DNA of 64,000 bases, taken from Chlorokybus atmophyticus (Eukaryota; Plantae; Mesostigma and Chlorokybus algae). The position numbers and the translations under genes are program-made. Of the stretch, positions 40,334-54,769 are shown in pieces. The notes below the pieces were generated by a model. That model saw only the letters and a list, made by a program, of their open reading frames with translations. It had not been told where the DNA came from and did not search any database. The DNA is taken from the NCBI GenBank assembly GCA_009103225.1, contig RHPI01001056.1, positions 52,637 to 116,636 on the forward strand, read 5' to 3'. Each line of letters starts with the position of its first letter. The first letter of the stretch is position 1.

Positions 40334-42825
40334 CTACTCTTTGGACAGCTTTGAGTTGTCGATGACAAATCGATATCGCACGTCGTTGGCCTCCAAGCGC
40401 TCGAGCGCCTTGTTTACATAGTCTGGCTCAACCAGTTCGATATCGGCGACAACGTCATGCTTGCCGCAGAAGTCCAGCATGTCCTGCAACTCGTCCACAC
40501 TGCGAGCAGTGACACATAAACCGACATGTCCACCAACACTACGATTCATGTGTCACATGCTCATACACATGCACACGGGCGTATATATACACAAGCACAC
40601 GCATGCACGCACGCACGCACACGCGCGCGCGCACGCACACGCTAATCTCCCGCACCTGCCAATAATGGATCCTCCCACGGTGAGTCGCTTCATCGCGATA
40701 GCGGCGGTCATTAGCTGGAACGGCTCTGGCGGCATCCCCACGCAAATGAAGCGACCGTCGGTGTCCATCAAAGGGAGGTAGAGGTTGATGTCATGGGGCG
40801 CTGCGACAGTGCTGCAACATACATGCTATGTATGAGCGTGCGCGTGCATGCGCGATTGCATGCGTGCCAGGGCGTCTATGTGCACTCGCATGTGCGTGCG
40901 CTTGTATGGGTATATGTGCACGCACGCATATGCATGGGAATGCGCTTGTGCACGTGCACAAGAACGTCCACGTACCCGTGTACACGTGTGCGTGCGCGCG
41001 TGTGCGTGTGTCAAGTTGTGCAACATCAACAGGGTTGCTTACTCGATCACAAAGTCCAGTGAGCCTTCCGCAGCCTTCATGGCTTCCTTATCCTTGGACA
41101 CGAGGAAGTTGTGAGCGCCGAGCTTGGTGAGCGCTTCCTCCTTCTTGCTCGTCGAGGTCGATATCACCGTCACGTTCGCCCCCATGGCGACGCCGAGTTT
41201 CACGGCCATGTGACCTGTGAACGTGTTGTTGTTATTGATGTGGTAGTGGTAGTGGTAGTGGTTGCTGCTGTTGACATACACTCACATCCATACACGCGCA
41301 TGCATGTGTGCGTGCGCACGCGCACACAACCACATACGCAGGCGCACGTGAATGTGCAGGCGCACATCGCACTTACACGCACACACGCACGCGCGTACAC
41401 ATGATTGCACACACACACGTACATATGCACATGCTTATGCACGCAACATAACAACTTACCCAGTCCGCCAAGTCCGATGACGCCCAGTCGATCTCCCTCT
41501 TTTAGCTGCCAGTGCCTGAACGGCGAGTAGACGGTGATGCCCGCGCACAGCAGGGGCGCCGTGGCCGCCAGCTTGCTATGCAGACCCTCGGGGATGCGAA
41601 GCACGTAGTTCTGCACACACAACAAGCCAACACCATGATGATCACCGATTTGGCTTGCTTACGACACGCAGAGACACATGTGCACGCACCAACACGCACA
41701 ACCCCACACAGCTATACGCACGCACACATGCACAATCGCGTGCATGTGTGCGTGCGTATAGATACAGACACAGACACACACACTCACCTACACGCTTGCG
41801 CGCGTGTTTGCGCGCAGGCAATCGTGTGCGTGTGTGTGTGCACACGCGCACGCACGCTACCCCCCACCCCACCCCACCCCACACACACACACAACCCCAC
41901 CTTATCGCACACGATCTTCGTGGCATACCCCCCCTGATTAACGTCTCCCGTTTTGGGGTCTCTCATGGCGTACGTCTGAGAGAGACCCGGGCAGTACTGA
42001 GACAGCTTCCTTTCGCAGTGACGGCACTTCCTGCACGAGTCGACGTACGTGGACACGCCGACCAGCTGGCCCTTGGTGAAATCGTCAACACTGGGGCCAA
42101 CCTCAGCAACCTGGGGGAGGAAAAGGGACATAGTGAATACCTGAGTATGAGAGTTATTACACGAGTATTTACCACATTGATAATTACCTCGCCTATGATC
42201 TCGTGGCCTGGGACCATGGGGTACTCCACCTCGCCCCACTCTGACTTGATCTGGTGCAGGTCGCTGTGGCAGATGCCGCAGTAGAGGATGTCAATGAGGA
42301 CATCGTCGTCGCGCAGAGGACTGTGACACAAATGCACACACGCAAGGTGCAAGTTGCACGTTAGCATGCAAACATACTGCATGGTGACCAGTTGTTATGA
42401 GGTGCTGTGCACACACACACATGTATAGACATCGTGTATAAGAACCGACTTTTTCCTGCACCCTCCCTTACCTCCAACCTATGTGTGCTGATGCATCCCT
42501 TCTCCCCTTTCCTTCGCTTCCCTTTACCTCTCACCACTTACCATGCACACAGCTGTCTATCACACCGCCTAAGCCCGTTATGATTCACTAACACCAACCA
42601 CTACTCCCGCACGCCTTCTCCACCTGCTGTGCGCCCCCCTTCACCACTCACACAAAAAAACCCAAACTTATACAACACTGGCCCACCAGCATGTTGGGTT
42701 GTGTGCAAGCATGCAACTCACCGGCGGTTGAAGTTGTATGTGTCCACCTTGCCCGACTTGTCAAAGGCGGCCAGGCCCACTGTGGGGAAACCGCCTTCCG
42801 CCTCCTGCGTTTGATGCGGCGCCAT
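40334..42825 (-). CDS. NADP-dependent Zn alcohol dehydrogenase, CAD-like/YahK-AdhC family, copy 1
   Basis: [52 protein letters not shown] and DVRYRFVID; ATG at 42825, TAG at 40334-40336. Confidence 0.93.
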
Positions 42826-43499
42826 GCTGCTGGTTTTGGTTGAGAAGAGATGGACAACGACGACAAGGACGACAAGGACACCGGCAAGAGAGCTGAGCAA
42901 AGTGTGTACAGTAATGGCCAACACACCACGCAGAATCGCCTTTTTGGTTGTGAATGGGTTGCTATGTTCTGTTCTGATTGTACCAGGGACGGTACGCCTG
43001 GTGTACAGCGTACCGTATCAATTGCACCAAGCTGCATTCTGGAAGGAAGTTTACGTGGCCCAAACATCAGATCTCCGTCACACTCCGGAGCAATCATGGC
43101 AATGAGTGCCATGCTAACATGGACTGCTACTAAGCCGTACAATGCAACGCACCAGCTTGTCATGATGCTTCATCGTATCATTGATGCAAGCTGGCTGGAG
43201 TCGCTGTATTACGTATTGTAAGACGGTAGCTAACACTGCTGTCGTTGGTGACCAACCCCTATGCCTTTTTTTTGACTTTCGTTTCTTGAGAACTCCAAGA
43301 TCACCGACTCCGATCTGGGTAGCCTGGTGACCTATTCCGGCTCACAGCTTGCTGTAGGTTATAGTAGCAGCTATCAACCCACCACGTGTGTTGCGGGATG
43401 GTGTGGCACACCGTGTGTACACTTGGAAAGCTCCTACATCTCAGGCGCGGACACAGACATACATACACTCTTCATAATCCACGCACGCACGCGCGCGCG

Positions 43500-43508
<9 letters not shown>

Positions 43509-43594
<86 letters not shown>

Positions 43595-44034
43595 NNNNNN
43601 NNNNNNNNNNNNNNNNNNNNNNNNNNNNNNNNNNNNNNNNNNNNNNNNNNNNNNNNNNNNNNNNNNNNNNNNNNNNNNNNNNNNNNNNNNNNNNNNNNNN
43701 NNNNNNNNNNNNNNNNNNNNNNNNNNNNNNNNNNNNNNNNNNNNNNNNNNNNNNNNNNNNNNNNNNNNNNNNNNNNNNNNNNNNNNNNNNNNNNNNNNNN
43801 NNNNNNNNNNNNNNNNNNNNNNNNNNNNNNNNNNNNNNNNNNNNNNNNNNNNNNNNNNNNNNNNNNNNNNNNNNNNNNNNNNNNNNNNNNNNNNNNNNNN
43901 NNNNNNNNNNNNNNNNNNNNNNNNNNNNNNNNNNNNNNNNNNNNNNNNNNNNNNNNNNNNNNNNNNNNNNNNNNNNNNNNNNNNNNNNNNNNNNNNNNNN
44001 NNNNNNNNNNNNNNNNNNNNNNNNNNNNNNNNNN
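43509..44034. repeat. (GA)n tract running into an assembly gap between the two ADH genes
   Basis: GA repeat at 43509-43594, N at 43595-44034. Confidence 0.9.
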
Positions 44035-44500
44035 TACACAGCACCTCTTCGACAGCTGCATTGTTACATAGATCCGGTAATATGTGATTTGTATATAACA
44101 CAGATTGCTGGATGCTGTATAATCTAGTCCACCTATCTGTGATTGCTGTCATTTTAAAGGCCCTACATCTGCCAATAGTTTGTAAAGTTAAGGGTTTTAT
44201 TTAATAATCTAAAAACTTGTTTTAGTAAGGCGCAGTGCAAACCAAGTAAAAGCAAATTAAGACGGTCTAAAAGCAAACTGCCGCTAAATCGAATAAAGCC
44301 TAGTAGTAGTAGTGGGTCTTGTTTCGGATTGCTTGCATGCAACAACAATCTGCGTGACAACATGACACTCACACACACAACGGCAGGTGGCATTGCAAAA
44401 GCAAGGGTCCGTGTTAACATGGTGTACCAGCATCATGCCCCATAATGCCGCGTACGAGTTGTACTGCAACCAATTAGCAAGAACGCTTCATCTGCTCAAC

Positions 44501-46517
44501 CTAGTTTGAAAACTTGGACGTGTCAATAACAAAGCGATAGCGCACATCATTGGCCTCCATACGCTCCAAAGCCTTGTTTACATATGACGGCTCAACCAAC
44601 TCGATGTCAGCAACAACGCCATGCTCGCCGCAGAAGTCCAGCATCTCCTGCACCTCTTGCACACTGCACCAGAGCAAACGTCACAATCAAGCAGACATTC
44701 ACCTACACCAACTCAAAGCAGGCTCAACATCATCAGGGCCGCACCTGCCAATGAGAGACCCGCCCAGCGTGAGGCGCTTGCGGATGAGTGCACCGGCTGA
44801 AAGCTCGTAAGGCTTGGGGGGAAGCCCAACACAGATGAACCGACCATCGGTCTTCATCAGAGGGATGTACTGGTTGATGTCGTGCGGGGCAGATACCGTG
44901 CTGCGAAGATGGGGTTAGACATCTTGTCATAGTCACAACTGGTTTGCCACCACGTGTGCGTACATCCGCTCGCGAGCGCATGAGTGCACACACACATGAA
45001 AACGTAGTGATGCTCACTTGATGATGAAGTCCAGCGAGTTGGCAGCAGCCTTCATGGCTTCTTCATCTTTGGACACAAGGAAGTTGTGAGCACCAAGCTT
45101 TGAGAGTGCCTCTTCCTTCTTGTTGGGAGAGGAAGATATGACAGTCACGTTAGCTCCAAAGGCAACCCCGAACTTGACAGCCATGTGACCTGCATACAAC
45201 ATATTGTGAATGTAACAAAGGTAGGTGGATGACACTTGATGAGTGACGACGGAGGTTGTTAGGTCACTCACCAAGCCCGCCGAGTCCGATGACACCAAGG
45301 CGCTCCCCTTCCTGAAGCTTCCAGTGCTTGAGCGGCGAGAACACAGTGATGCCAGCGCACAGCAGAGGTGCCGATGGAGCCAGCTTGCTGTGCAGACCCT
45401 CAGGAATGCGAAGCACGTAGTTCTGCACATTGCACATCACAATACTTCAATTGGCAATGTACATTGAAGTGACGACCTCTAGCACAAGCAACAAAACATT
45501 GTTGCATATGTACCTTGTCAACGACAATTTGTGTTGAGTAGCCTCCCTGGTTGACCTCGCCGGTAGACCTGTCCTTAGAGTTGTACGTGCCAGTCATGCC
45601 GTTCTCGCAGTACTGTGACAGATGGCGGTGGCAGTTGTCGCAGTCCCTGCAAGAATCCACGTACACGCCGACACCAACAATCTGGTCCTTCGTGAATTCC
45701 TTAACATTGGCACCCACGTCCACAACCTGCAAGCACAACGTCAACAACTTGACTATGCATTATTGACTTATGTAGTTGTTTGGATAGGTGCAGGCAGCAA
45801 CGAGGCTGGCACATGACAGCAACTGCAAGACAATTGGTGAGTCGTATGTACCTGCCCTATGATTTCATGGCCTGGAACAATGGGGTACTCGACATCGCCC
45901 CACTCTGCCTTGATGGTGTGTATGTCGCTGTGGCAAATGCCGCAGTACAGAATTTGCACGCGCACATCCTCATCACGCAGCTGCCTGCCATGCAGAGAAC
46001 AAGCACCTTGTCAAACATGCAGCTCTGGATTTGCGAGGAGGTATTCGCAAAGGCAACTCTTCCTGAGGTCATCTTCTTGGTATAAACCAACCTGCTGCCA
46101 ACAAGCAGCACTTTCACCTCCCCCTGACCTAAGCTTGCACCGTCACCTCCCTTCCGCCCACAATCTTTCCTTCCTCCCCATTCTCCCACCCTCACGCTTC
46201 TGGGCTCTCACCGCTTTTAGCCCCATGCCCAGCCAACAACTATATACACCTCCTCACCCACACTCACCACCACTGCACTGTACTCACGGTACTGCACTGT
46301 ACCGGCATGCTTGCATGCACAGAGCATGGCACTGCATGCCCGCTGGCGAAGCAGGTCATTCACACTAAAGTTAACAAGCAAGCATGCAAGCATGTTCTCA
46401 TAAAGTAAACAACGGGGGTAACGCTGACCTGCGTGAAAACTTGTAGTCCGACACCGTGCCGGAGCTGTCTTTGGCGGCCAGGCCCACCGTGGGGAAACCC
46501 CCTTCCTGCTGCACCAT
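44501..46517 (-). CDS. NADP-dependent Zn alcohol dehydrogenase, CAD-like, copy 2 (tandem paralog)
   Basis: [41 protein letters not shown] and DVRYRFVID; same intron positions as copy 1; ATG at 46517, TAG at 44501-44503. Confidence 0.93.
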
Positions 46518-46937
46518 GCTGAACGCCTTTCCCCAACACACAACACACCAGCACAGATCAGCTAAACCGTAAGTCGGCCTAGTCCTCCGCACACTACGCA
46601 CCTGTCTAGTCTTCACACACCCACAACAACAAAGCGGTAGCGTAGTAGTGGCGGCAAGCTTACCTTACAACTGAGCATGCTGAATGCTGCGCCAATTGCT
46701 TCCAGAAGCTGTTACTTTATCGCCGATATCGCTGCAACCGTTTGGTCCCATCCCCCGTCCGTCCAGCTCAACAGCAATGTATATCAATTATGCCGTAGTA
46801 TATCGCAGATCTATTGCTGTTCCACGCTGTCGCTCGTAGCCGCCACGTAGGCCAGCAATAATGGCAGCGCCATGATGAGTCTGGACCTGGGTCGACAAAG
46901 CAAGTTGGTACAAGCTGTTCGAACTGGTTTAAGAGTT

Positions 46938-46996
46938 GGGTTTAGGTTTAGGTAAAGGTTTTGGTTTAGGTTTAGGTTTAGGTTTAGGTTTAGGTT
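46938..46996 (+). repeat. Telomere-like (TTTAGG)n array just upstream of argJ
   Basis: gggtttaggtttaggtaaaggttttggtttaggtttaggtttaggtttaggtttaggttt: 7 TTTAGG units. Confidence 0.8.
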
Positions 46997-47029
46997 TGGT
47001 TGGTGTGGTTGGTGTGGTGGTGAGCAGGC

Positions 47030-49809
47030 ATGGCGGCGACGGCGGCGGTGGCGGTGGCGGGGTCGGCTGCCGTTGCTGCGGCGACTCAGGGTGGTGTTAG
47101 GGAGCTTGTGGTGCTAGGTGGGTGCTCGGCGCAGGTGGCAGGAAGGCCGCATTGTGGAAGGAAGTGTGCACTGCAGTTGGGTCGCCTTAGCAGCGTCAGG
47201 CAGCAGCTGCTGTCGCCGCTGCGGAGTGCTAAGAGCAAGAGCCGGAGAAGCATGACGGAGCGGTTGGCAATCCAGGTGAATGCTACAGGCTTGCATGCAT
47301 TGTTTTAAGTCAATGTGCATTTCAAACTGTGCAATCACGCGTGCAATGTGATGGTGGTGCATACTGTGCAAATCTAGCTGCACATTACCATGTTCTTTGT
47401 TCCAGTGAGGGACACAATATACAGCTTACTGCATGTGTTGATCAGTAGCTTTGTTAATTGTCAACTGCCTTAGTGACCATGCGCATGCATGTCGCGTGGT
47501 TGGTGCCGTGTGTCACATGCCAGGTGCTTAGAGTTTTCCGCAACTGAGGACAAGTATTCAGATTTGTTGAATTGGCAGGCTTCACAAGCGCAAGTCACAT
47601 ATGACTTTCCCTCAGCACCCATCCTGCTGCCAGAAGGCCCCTGGACAAAGGTGAGAAGCACTGAACTGAACTGCACTGAACTGAACAAAGTGTCGTTAGA
47701 TGTGATGCTGGTGTGCGTGTGCAATGGGGGTGTGCATGCGCGTGTGCGTGTACACGCGCATGTGCACACCCATGCGTGCATGCGCGAGCGTGTGTGTGTG
47801 CGTGCGCAGGTGTGTGTGCATGTGTGCGATCACGCGCTTCACAGCCTTTGTGCAGATTGAAGGCGGCGTGAATGCTCCAAAAGGCTTCAAGTCTGCCGGC
47901 ATGTACGGCGGGTTGCGTGCGAAAGGCCAGAAGCCAGATCTGGCTCTCGTTGTTGCTGACAAGGACGCCGTCGTGGCCGGTCAGTGTCAATTAATCTGTT
48001 TGCCAACATGCGCATGTGACCGACCAATCCTTGGTATGCAGGCGTGTTTACAAAGAACTTGGTGGCTGCCGCACCAGTGGTGTATTGCCGTGAAGTACTG
48101 GCGAAGACTATGACTGCGCGGGCATGCCTAATCAATGCTGGCCAGGCAAACGCAGCCACAGGGGAGCAGGTGGGTTGCAACGCCTGGCACATTGTCACAA
48201 CTCACGGTCATCATCACCAATGCCTGGTTGTGGTGGGATGTGATGGTAACGGTCATCATGATTACCATTTCATCATGAACATCGTGCCAACAGTGTCAGC
48301 ACTGTCCATGCATGAGCTTACAGGAAGGCTGGGGGACACATCTTTGTGTTATGCAGGGAAGGCGAGACTCAGAGGCTTCGGCTGAGCGCGTTGCCGAGGT
48401 GCTCGGCGTCAGCAAGGACGCCGTGCTGCTGCAGTCCACCGGCGTTATTGGCCAGCGTATCAAGATCGACAAGCTTCTGGAGGCCGTGCCTGCGCTGGTG
48501 CGCCACCTGTCCACGTCCGCCGAGGCCGCCGAGATGGCTGCCACCGCCATCACCACGACGGACCTCGTGAACAAGAGCGTCGCGGTGCAGACAGAGATTG
48601 ATGGGACCACCGTAAGGATAGGCGGCATGACAAAGGGCTCGGGCATGATCCACCCCAACATGGCCACCATGCTGGGTGTGTTAACCTGCGATGCTGCGGT
48701 CAAACCCGAGGTGTGCACTCTGCAAGTTTGTGCTGTTGATAGCTCACGTAACCAGCGTGCTGCAGGAAGAAACACAACTTGTAGTTGTGCTGGTGCGGAG
48801 GCTGCTGGGAAATTACGCGTTGCTGACTCTCATAAACAACAATGTGCTGTAGTAACAAAACCAACGTGAGTTTGTGTGTAGGTGTGGAGGCTCCTCGTGC
48901 AGAGGGCAGTGCAGAGCAGCTTCAATCAGATCACCGTGGACGGCGACACGAGCACAAACGACACGGTGATCGCATTTGCGAGTGGTCAGAGCGGCGTGAA
49001 GACCATTGACGACGCCTCGTCCCCTGCCGGGTGCCAGCTGGAGGACGCTATCACTGCCGTCTGCCAGGGCCTTGCCAAGTCCATTGCTTGGGACGGCGAA
49101 GGCGCCACCGTCCTTGTTGAAGTTGAAGTGCGGGGCGCAGCGGACAAGCCTGCAGCCAACCAGGTATTATCATTGTTTAGTGGTATGAGTTCTTGCAGAG
49201 AGTGCTATCAGAGGGAGTGTAGCTTATAGCTTCTGTTCATCTTGCCGAAGCTCTTGGTGGATACCAAGGCTCTGCATTGGTTGTAACGAAACAATTGCCT
49301 TGTTGAACTTGTTGCCATCAGCGCAAGTACAGCTAGTTGAATGTGTTTGACGTGGGCTTTACTTGGCAGATTGCAAAGTCTGTTGTGGCTTCATCGTTGG
49401 TCAAGTCCGCAATTTACGGGCGGGATCCGAACTGGGGACGCATTGCTGCAGCTGCGGGGTACGCTGGCGTGGACTTTGATACCGACAAGTTGAAGATCAC
49501 GCTGGGCCCTCATCTGCTCATGGAGAAGGGGCAGCCGCTTCAATTCGACAGGTTTACTTGCAATGCAAAGTCGTGTTCTTGCATATGTACATTGTAACAA
49601 GGCATGGTGCGAACCATGTCCGTTCTGCGCAACATTGTTGCCTTGTCATGACCAGGGATGCGGCGAGCAAGTACATGAAAGACCTTGGTGACGAGCATGG
49701 CACGGTTGAAATCCAGTTGAGCGTTGGGGATGGGCCGGGCGTTGGCACCGCATGGGGATGTGATCTCACATACGACTATGTAAAGATCAATGCAGAATAC
49801 ACAACATGA
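47030..49809 (+). CDS. argJ: Bifunctional glutamate N-acetyltransferase/ornithine acetyltransferase (ArgJ) with a transit-peptide-like N-terminus
   Basis: [37 protein letters not shown] (autocleavage Thr), [24 protein letters not shown] and [18 protein letters not shown]. Confidence 0.95.
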
Positions 49810-52800
49810 TGTTTGCACTGTGTACAATTGAATATATATATTGTGGCATATGATGCGCACTTGTACAGCTGAGGTATGTGCGAGTGTGGTGTGTATGCGC
49901 ACGCTAAGCAGTTTCTGTGTAGAAAGGCAATTTCCTGTGCGATGCTGCGCCACAATTGCGCAGCACATTTCACCAACTGCTCTCAGCAGAAGTGATTCAC
50001 CTTTCTCAGTTCAGTGTTAGAAATAACGGTGACCGTTGACTTGCTTTGGCCAACATGTCATCGAGCGAAGCTAGGCTTCACATACGGTTTGTTGGGTGTA
50101 GTCACCTACGACCTACGAGTTGTAGGTACTGACATGTTGGCCAAAGCAAGTCATGTTGTAGCGTTCGTAGATTCTCTACAGATGGTCCTAAATGTGCACT
50201 ACCTTGTGTTTAGTTGGTCACTTGGGATTGTGGCCTTTTGCGTGCGGTATAGACAGGCTGCTGTGCTACACCTTGGTCTTTTGTTGCTGCTGTCACTGCT
50301 TCTCACTTCCTCCCCGCTGTCAAGGCTATAGCTCTCTCTGTCTCTCTCTACAGAGCACACTTGGCATCAATATTGCTAGTAACTCCCGGTCTGCAGCTTG
50401 TCATGCGACCTTGCAGATGCCTTGCAGGCGCTCAATCTGCAAGGTTATTGCTGTGGCCGCAGTGCTAGTACAAAAAAGGGAAACCAAGCCATCTGAGAGA
50501 TAGCAGAGTTGCTACAATGCCGATGGCAGAGATCTGAACGTGGTAACGATCGGCATTGCCGATGTGCCTGTCCGCAGCGTCCTGAACCACACATTCACAC
50601 TGCAGTGCAACAGCCGCACACAATATGAAACACGATCACAGTCAGTCATGACACATTCATTGAAGCGACAGTATGCACAGGTCTCCATTGAGCCAGCAAC
50701 AACCCGGCGTACTACACATGGGTCTGAGGGGAGGTGAACCCTCTGCTTATTACACGTACATAAGCTTTTGCTGCTCTCTGCATGCTGCTATGTTGTATAT
50801 GCAGACGCAGTCTCCTGCTGCCGTTGTCTTCATTGTTTGCGGCGGTGGTAACTCTGCAGGGGGAGGCTTAGCAGTATCAAACATAGGTGGGGGTGGTGCT
50901 GGCTGTCTCGGTGATGGACGGGAAGTGAGCTTGACACGATTGCAAGAGTCCCGGCGGTGCAGGTGACCTTTGTGTGGGCGGTAAGTATATTGCTGGTGGA
51001 GGGGAGATGAGCCTTCTTATAGGCAGTGGTGACCGCATTAGCGGAGGTGGTGATAACCTACAGGGAGGCAGTGATATGAGACGTTGAGGTGAGGGGTGGA
51101 GGACGCATAGGTGGAGGACGCATGGATGGCGGTGGTAATCTTGCAGGGGGAGGCTTGGCATTAGTCGCCGGTGGTGCCGGCCGTTGCGGCGGTGGAGGGG
51201 GAGTAAGCTTGACAGGAGATGGTGGTAAGCGTCCCGACGGTGGCGGTGATCTCTGAGGGGGTGGTGGGTGTAATGGTGGTGGAGGGCAAATGAGCTTGCC
51301 TGGAGTTGATGGTGAACGTAATGGTGGAGGTGGCGGTGACCTTCCACGGGGTGGTGGTAAAAGACGCACAGGGGTGGTGGCGATTTGTTTTGCAATTGAG
51401 TTGTACAGAGCAGAAACCTGAGTCACCATCAATGCGATATTAAAACTCCAAGAAACAAGTGAGACAGGAAAGCCTTCAGCACGCATTCATACGCAAGTCA
51501 CTGGTGCGCAGCGGTTGGCAAAGTTGTTAAATGCTGACAAGCAGCCATATCTGATCGTGTACATGCTTGATGAGGCCGATGAATAGGTTGTTGACAACAT
51601 CAAAGTACTTGCTTCCAAAATACCCACGTTCCAAACGCAAACAAACTGTCAACGCACACATTGTATCACCTGCTAGATACAGACATACAGCCCGAACCGT
51701 TCAGCAACCAGAGGTGCATCTGGTTGCCTACTGTGTTGCATCCTTATTGGCCCTGAATGCAACCTGAACGCCGTTCTTGTACAGCCTGAAGTTGGCGCCA
51801 TCATACGTGCCAACCAAGTGTAGTGTACAAATCGGGGTCGCTAGCGTTTACAACCGTTTGTGCAGAATGCAGGTTGATGCCTGTAAAGTGGTTTGTCGGA
51901 GCCGCGTTAAACATATATCTGCCGGTGTCTGCTCCGGTGTGCAGACGCAATACCATGCCATTATGGAAGGAAGACACAGTGTCGTAATCGACCACAACCG
52001 CCATTGTGCACGAGGCTTGGGGTACTTGATAAAGGCTGCTATCGTTAGCAACTTGTTCACAAGCTGCAGCTGTACAAACAGACAACATGTCTTAACCACG
52101 TTATTCACGCACGGCAACCAAGCGCCTTTGAGCAGACCAGTCTGTTTCATTAACAAGTCTGATGCATGCATGTTTGATATCGCTCACCTGGTGACAACAA
52201 CATTTGGGTATCCAAAGTTGATATGTGCTACTAAAGTTGTACCCAATGCCTGTTTTCACCAACAATAGTGGTCGTGCATCAAACAGTAGTGCATTGGCAC
52301 CACCACTGGAAGCTAGGTTTGGTGCATTGCTATTATTGTCAATGTTTGCAAGCAGGGAGTAAGCCACCAGCGAGTTCTCTGAAGCATTACTAATATTGGT
52401 GGGTAGTTCAAAGCAGAACCATAGCTGGGATATGACTTTTGTGTTCTGAGACGAACATGTGCAGTGTCCCACCATCCACTGGTGAAGGGTCGTCGTCAGG
52501 TGCCGTGGGTGGTGGTAGTGTTTGAAACGGGATTGTTGAATTTGAGATAGATATATTGAATTGCAGATGCTGAGAGACCTGTTGCAGAGTACATCTGCAA
52601 CAGGTTGTTTTTAAGACCACAGAACGAATGAGTGTTTATGCCATTTGGCAAATTTAAATGCATGGTTGGTGCATGTTTTTATGTGTCCAATGGCAACATG
52701 TAACATGCGATTGACTTGTCCTGGTAACAAGGTTCCACCTTGAATGCATGCACAATAAAAATTGATGACATTGCATGTAATCTCGCATACTAGTATGATA

Positions 52801-54524
52801 AAGGCACATCACGGTGGCTAAAAATGGACACGCCTTATAGCTCACACCTGTGTATGATAGTGCCAGTGCAGCGGGATCAACATACATGGCACGAAGAACA
52901 CCATTCTTGTAGACCTGCCACTTGGTTGCAAGCACAACCAGGGTGAACAGCTTCATAATCAAGGAGTATGAGTCCAGCCTGTACAGCTTCCAAACAGCTC
53001 CATCATAGACACTAGCATGGTGCACCCATGAACCGATGTGCTCGTTGGACATGACAATTGAGGCCGAACGTGCATTTGTGTCATCCGTAATGCTCCCAAA
53101 CCCATAAAGGCACTGGCTGAAGCCAGCATAACAATGCGCAGAATGATGGCCCTATCATTGCCTGCAATAACAGTGGTTGTGTCAACATTACTCATCTAAG
53201 GCTCAACTTGTAAGCAACCGTGCCAACATTAACAAGCTTTCACGCAGATAGACATCAAGATGCGTGAGCATTAAGTTATCCTGCAACTAGAGGCCATTTG
53301 GAAGTGGGACATTGCTCTCCAAGTTGAGAGCAAATCTTGACCATACAGCAATAGTAATGCTGTCATACCCTTGCAGTGTGTGAGGCGGACCAATGTAAGC
53401 ATACGTCCCACCTCTGTTGAAAACCAGCCCCAAACTAGTTTAAATGGGCGCCTGAAAGGACCGATAATTGTAAGCTACTTCATCTAGACCGATTGCATAA
53501 GTAAATTTAAGCAAAGCACGGCAAGGAGCGTGGAACAGGAGCTGACTCAATTGGGCACCCATGCCAACCCGCTCTCATTAGGATAGCAATGTCACATGTT
53601 TGCAAGAGCTGCATGCAACCATGCGGTGTTACAGGCTGCAAAGAGAACACTCCCATTCTTACCCGTGCATTGCTGACATCGCCATTGACGAAGCTGTCGT
53701 TACCGTATGGAATACTACCGAGAATGAAAGTACTGGTATCATTCTGTGTCAGCAAGTCGTACACAACTGGGTCAACACTTGAAAACAAAGCAATGACTAA
53801 TGCGCGGCCGCATGCAAGCGCAACCCCTCGATCAGCACGCTTTTTGAGCCCAACAACCATTACGCTATGCTGTTAATGTGCACAGCACCGAACTGGAATG
53901 GGCAAATTTTGAAACAACTTGTGAAGCAATGGCAGATGCACGCATGAGCGCCCACAGACACACATCTTGCATGAATGCAACTGCGCAATGCTTGCTTGGG
54001 AACTTCAAGCATGCGGCATGCTTGCAAGACATGGTCACATACTTGGTTGCATGGGTAGTGCTGGCGGTTTTAGCGCAAATGAATCCTTGTTTAGCCTATA
54101 AGCAACACGTTGTCAACCACAACAACAACTCTCTCACAAGCAACCATAAATGTTGCGCCTGATCGATTTTGTACAAGTCAAGTGTGAAATCAAGCAAGGG
54201 TTGCTCTCGATTAAAATGAGGGGGTTGTTGTGCATCGTACCTGATAAACATAGGAGACCTCACCCGCGGTCTATGCTTTGTTATAGATCTGAACATCCCT
54301 GACCTTCCCTGAGTAGAGGTCCGCTGCAACCAGGTCTTCGTAACCAGATCTCGCATCCGCATAATGCATGCAAAACACACATGCGCTGACTTGCATGCTT
54401 TGCATTAACACGAGCAGGCAGGTAATACTGTGTCTGCGCCTTTGTATCAGTAGTAGCACATCAATGTACTCATCAATGCAGAAGAACATCTACACGCTAT
54501 TCCACATCGTCTAGCTCCAACCTT

Positions 54525-54630
54525 ATTTCTAACCCCAACTCTAACCCCAACTGTAACCCCAACTCCGACCCCAACTCCAACTCCAACTCCGACCCCAACT
54601 CCAACTCCCTCTCCGACTCCAACTCCCTCT
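54525..54630. repeat. Degenerate hexamer array (CCAACT/CCGACT/CTAACC) near the 3' end of the HNH element
   Basis: aaccccaactctaaccccaactgtaaccccaactccgaccccaactccaactcc...; the array is collapsed or absent in the 6014-7734 copy. Confidence 0.8.
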
Positions 54631-54769
54631 CCTCCCTCCAACCTATGCTCTGTGGTATCTTTAACAGATCATCCCGCTCTTCCTCGTGCACACTGTGCGC
54701 GATGCGGGCAGAAGCAAGGGCCAAATCCTCGAGATGATCGAGATTGCCATTTCAACGCCAACCCAACTG

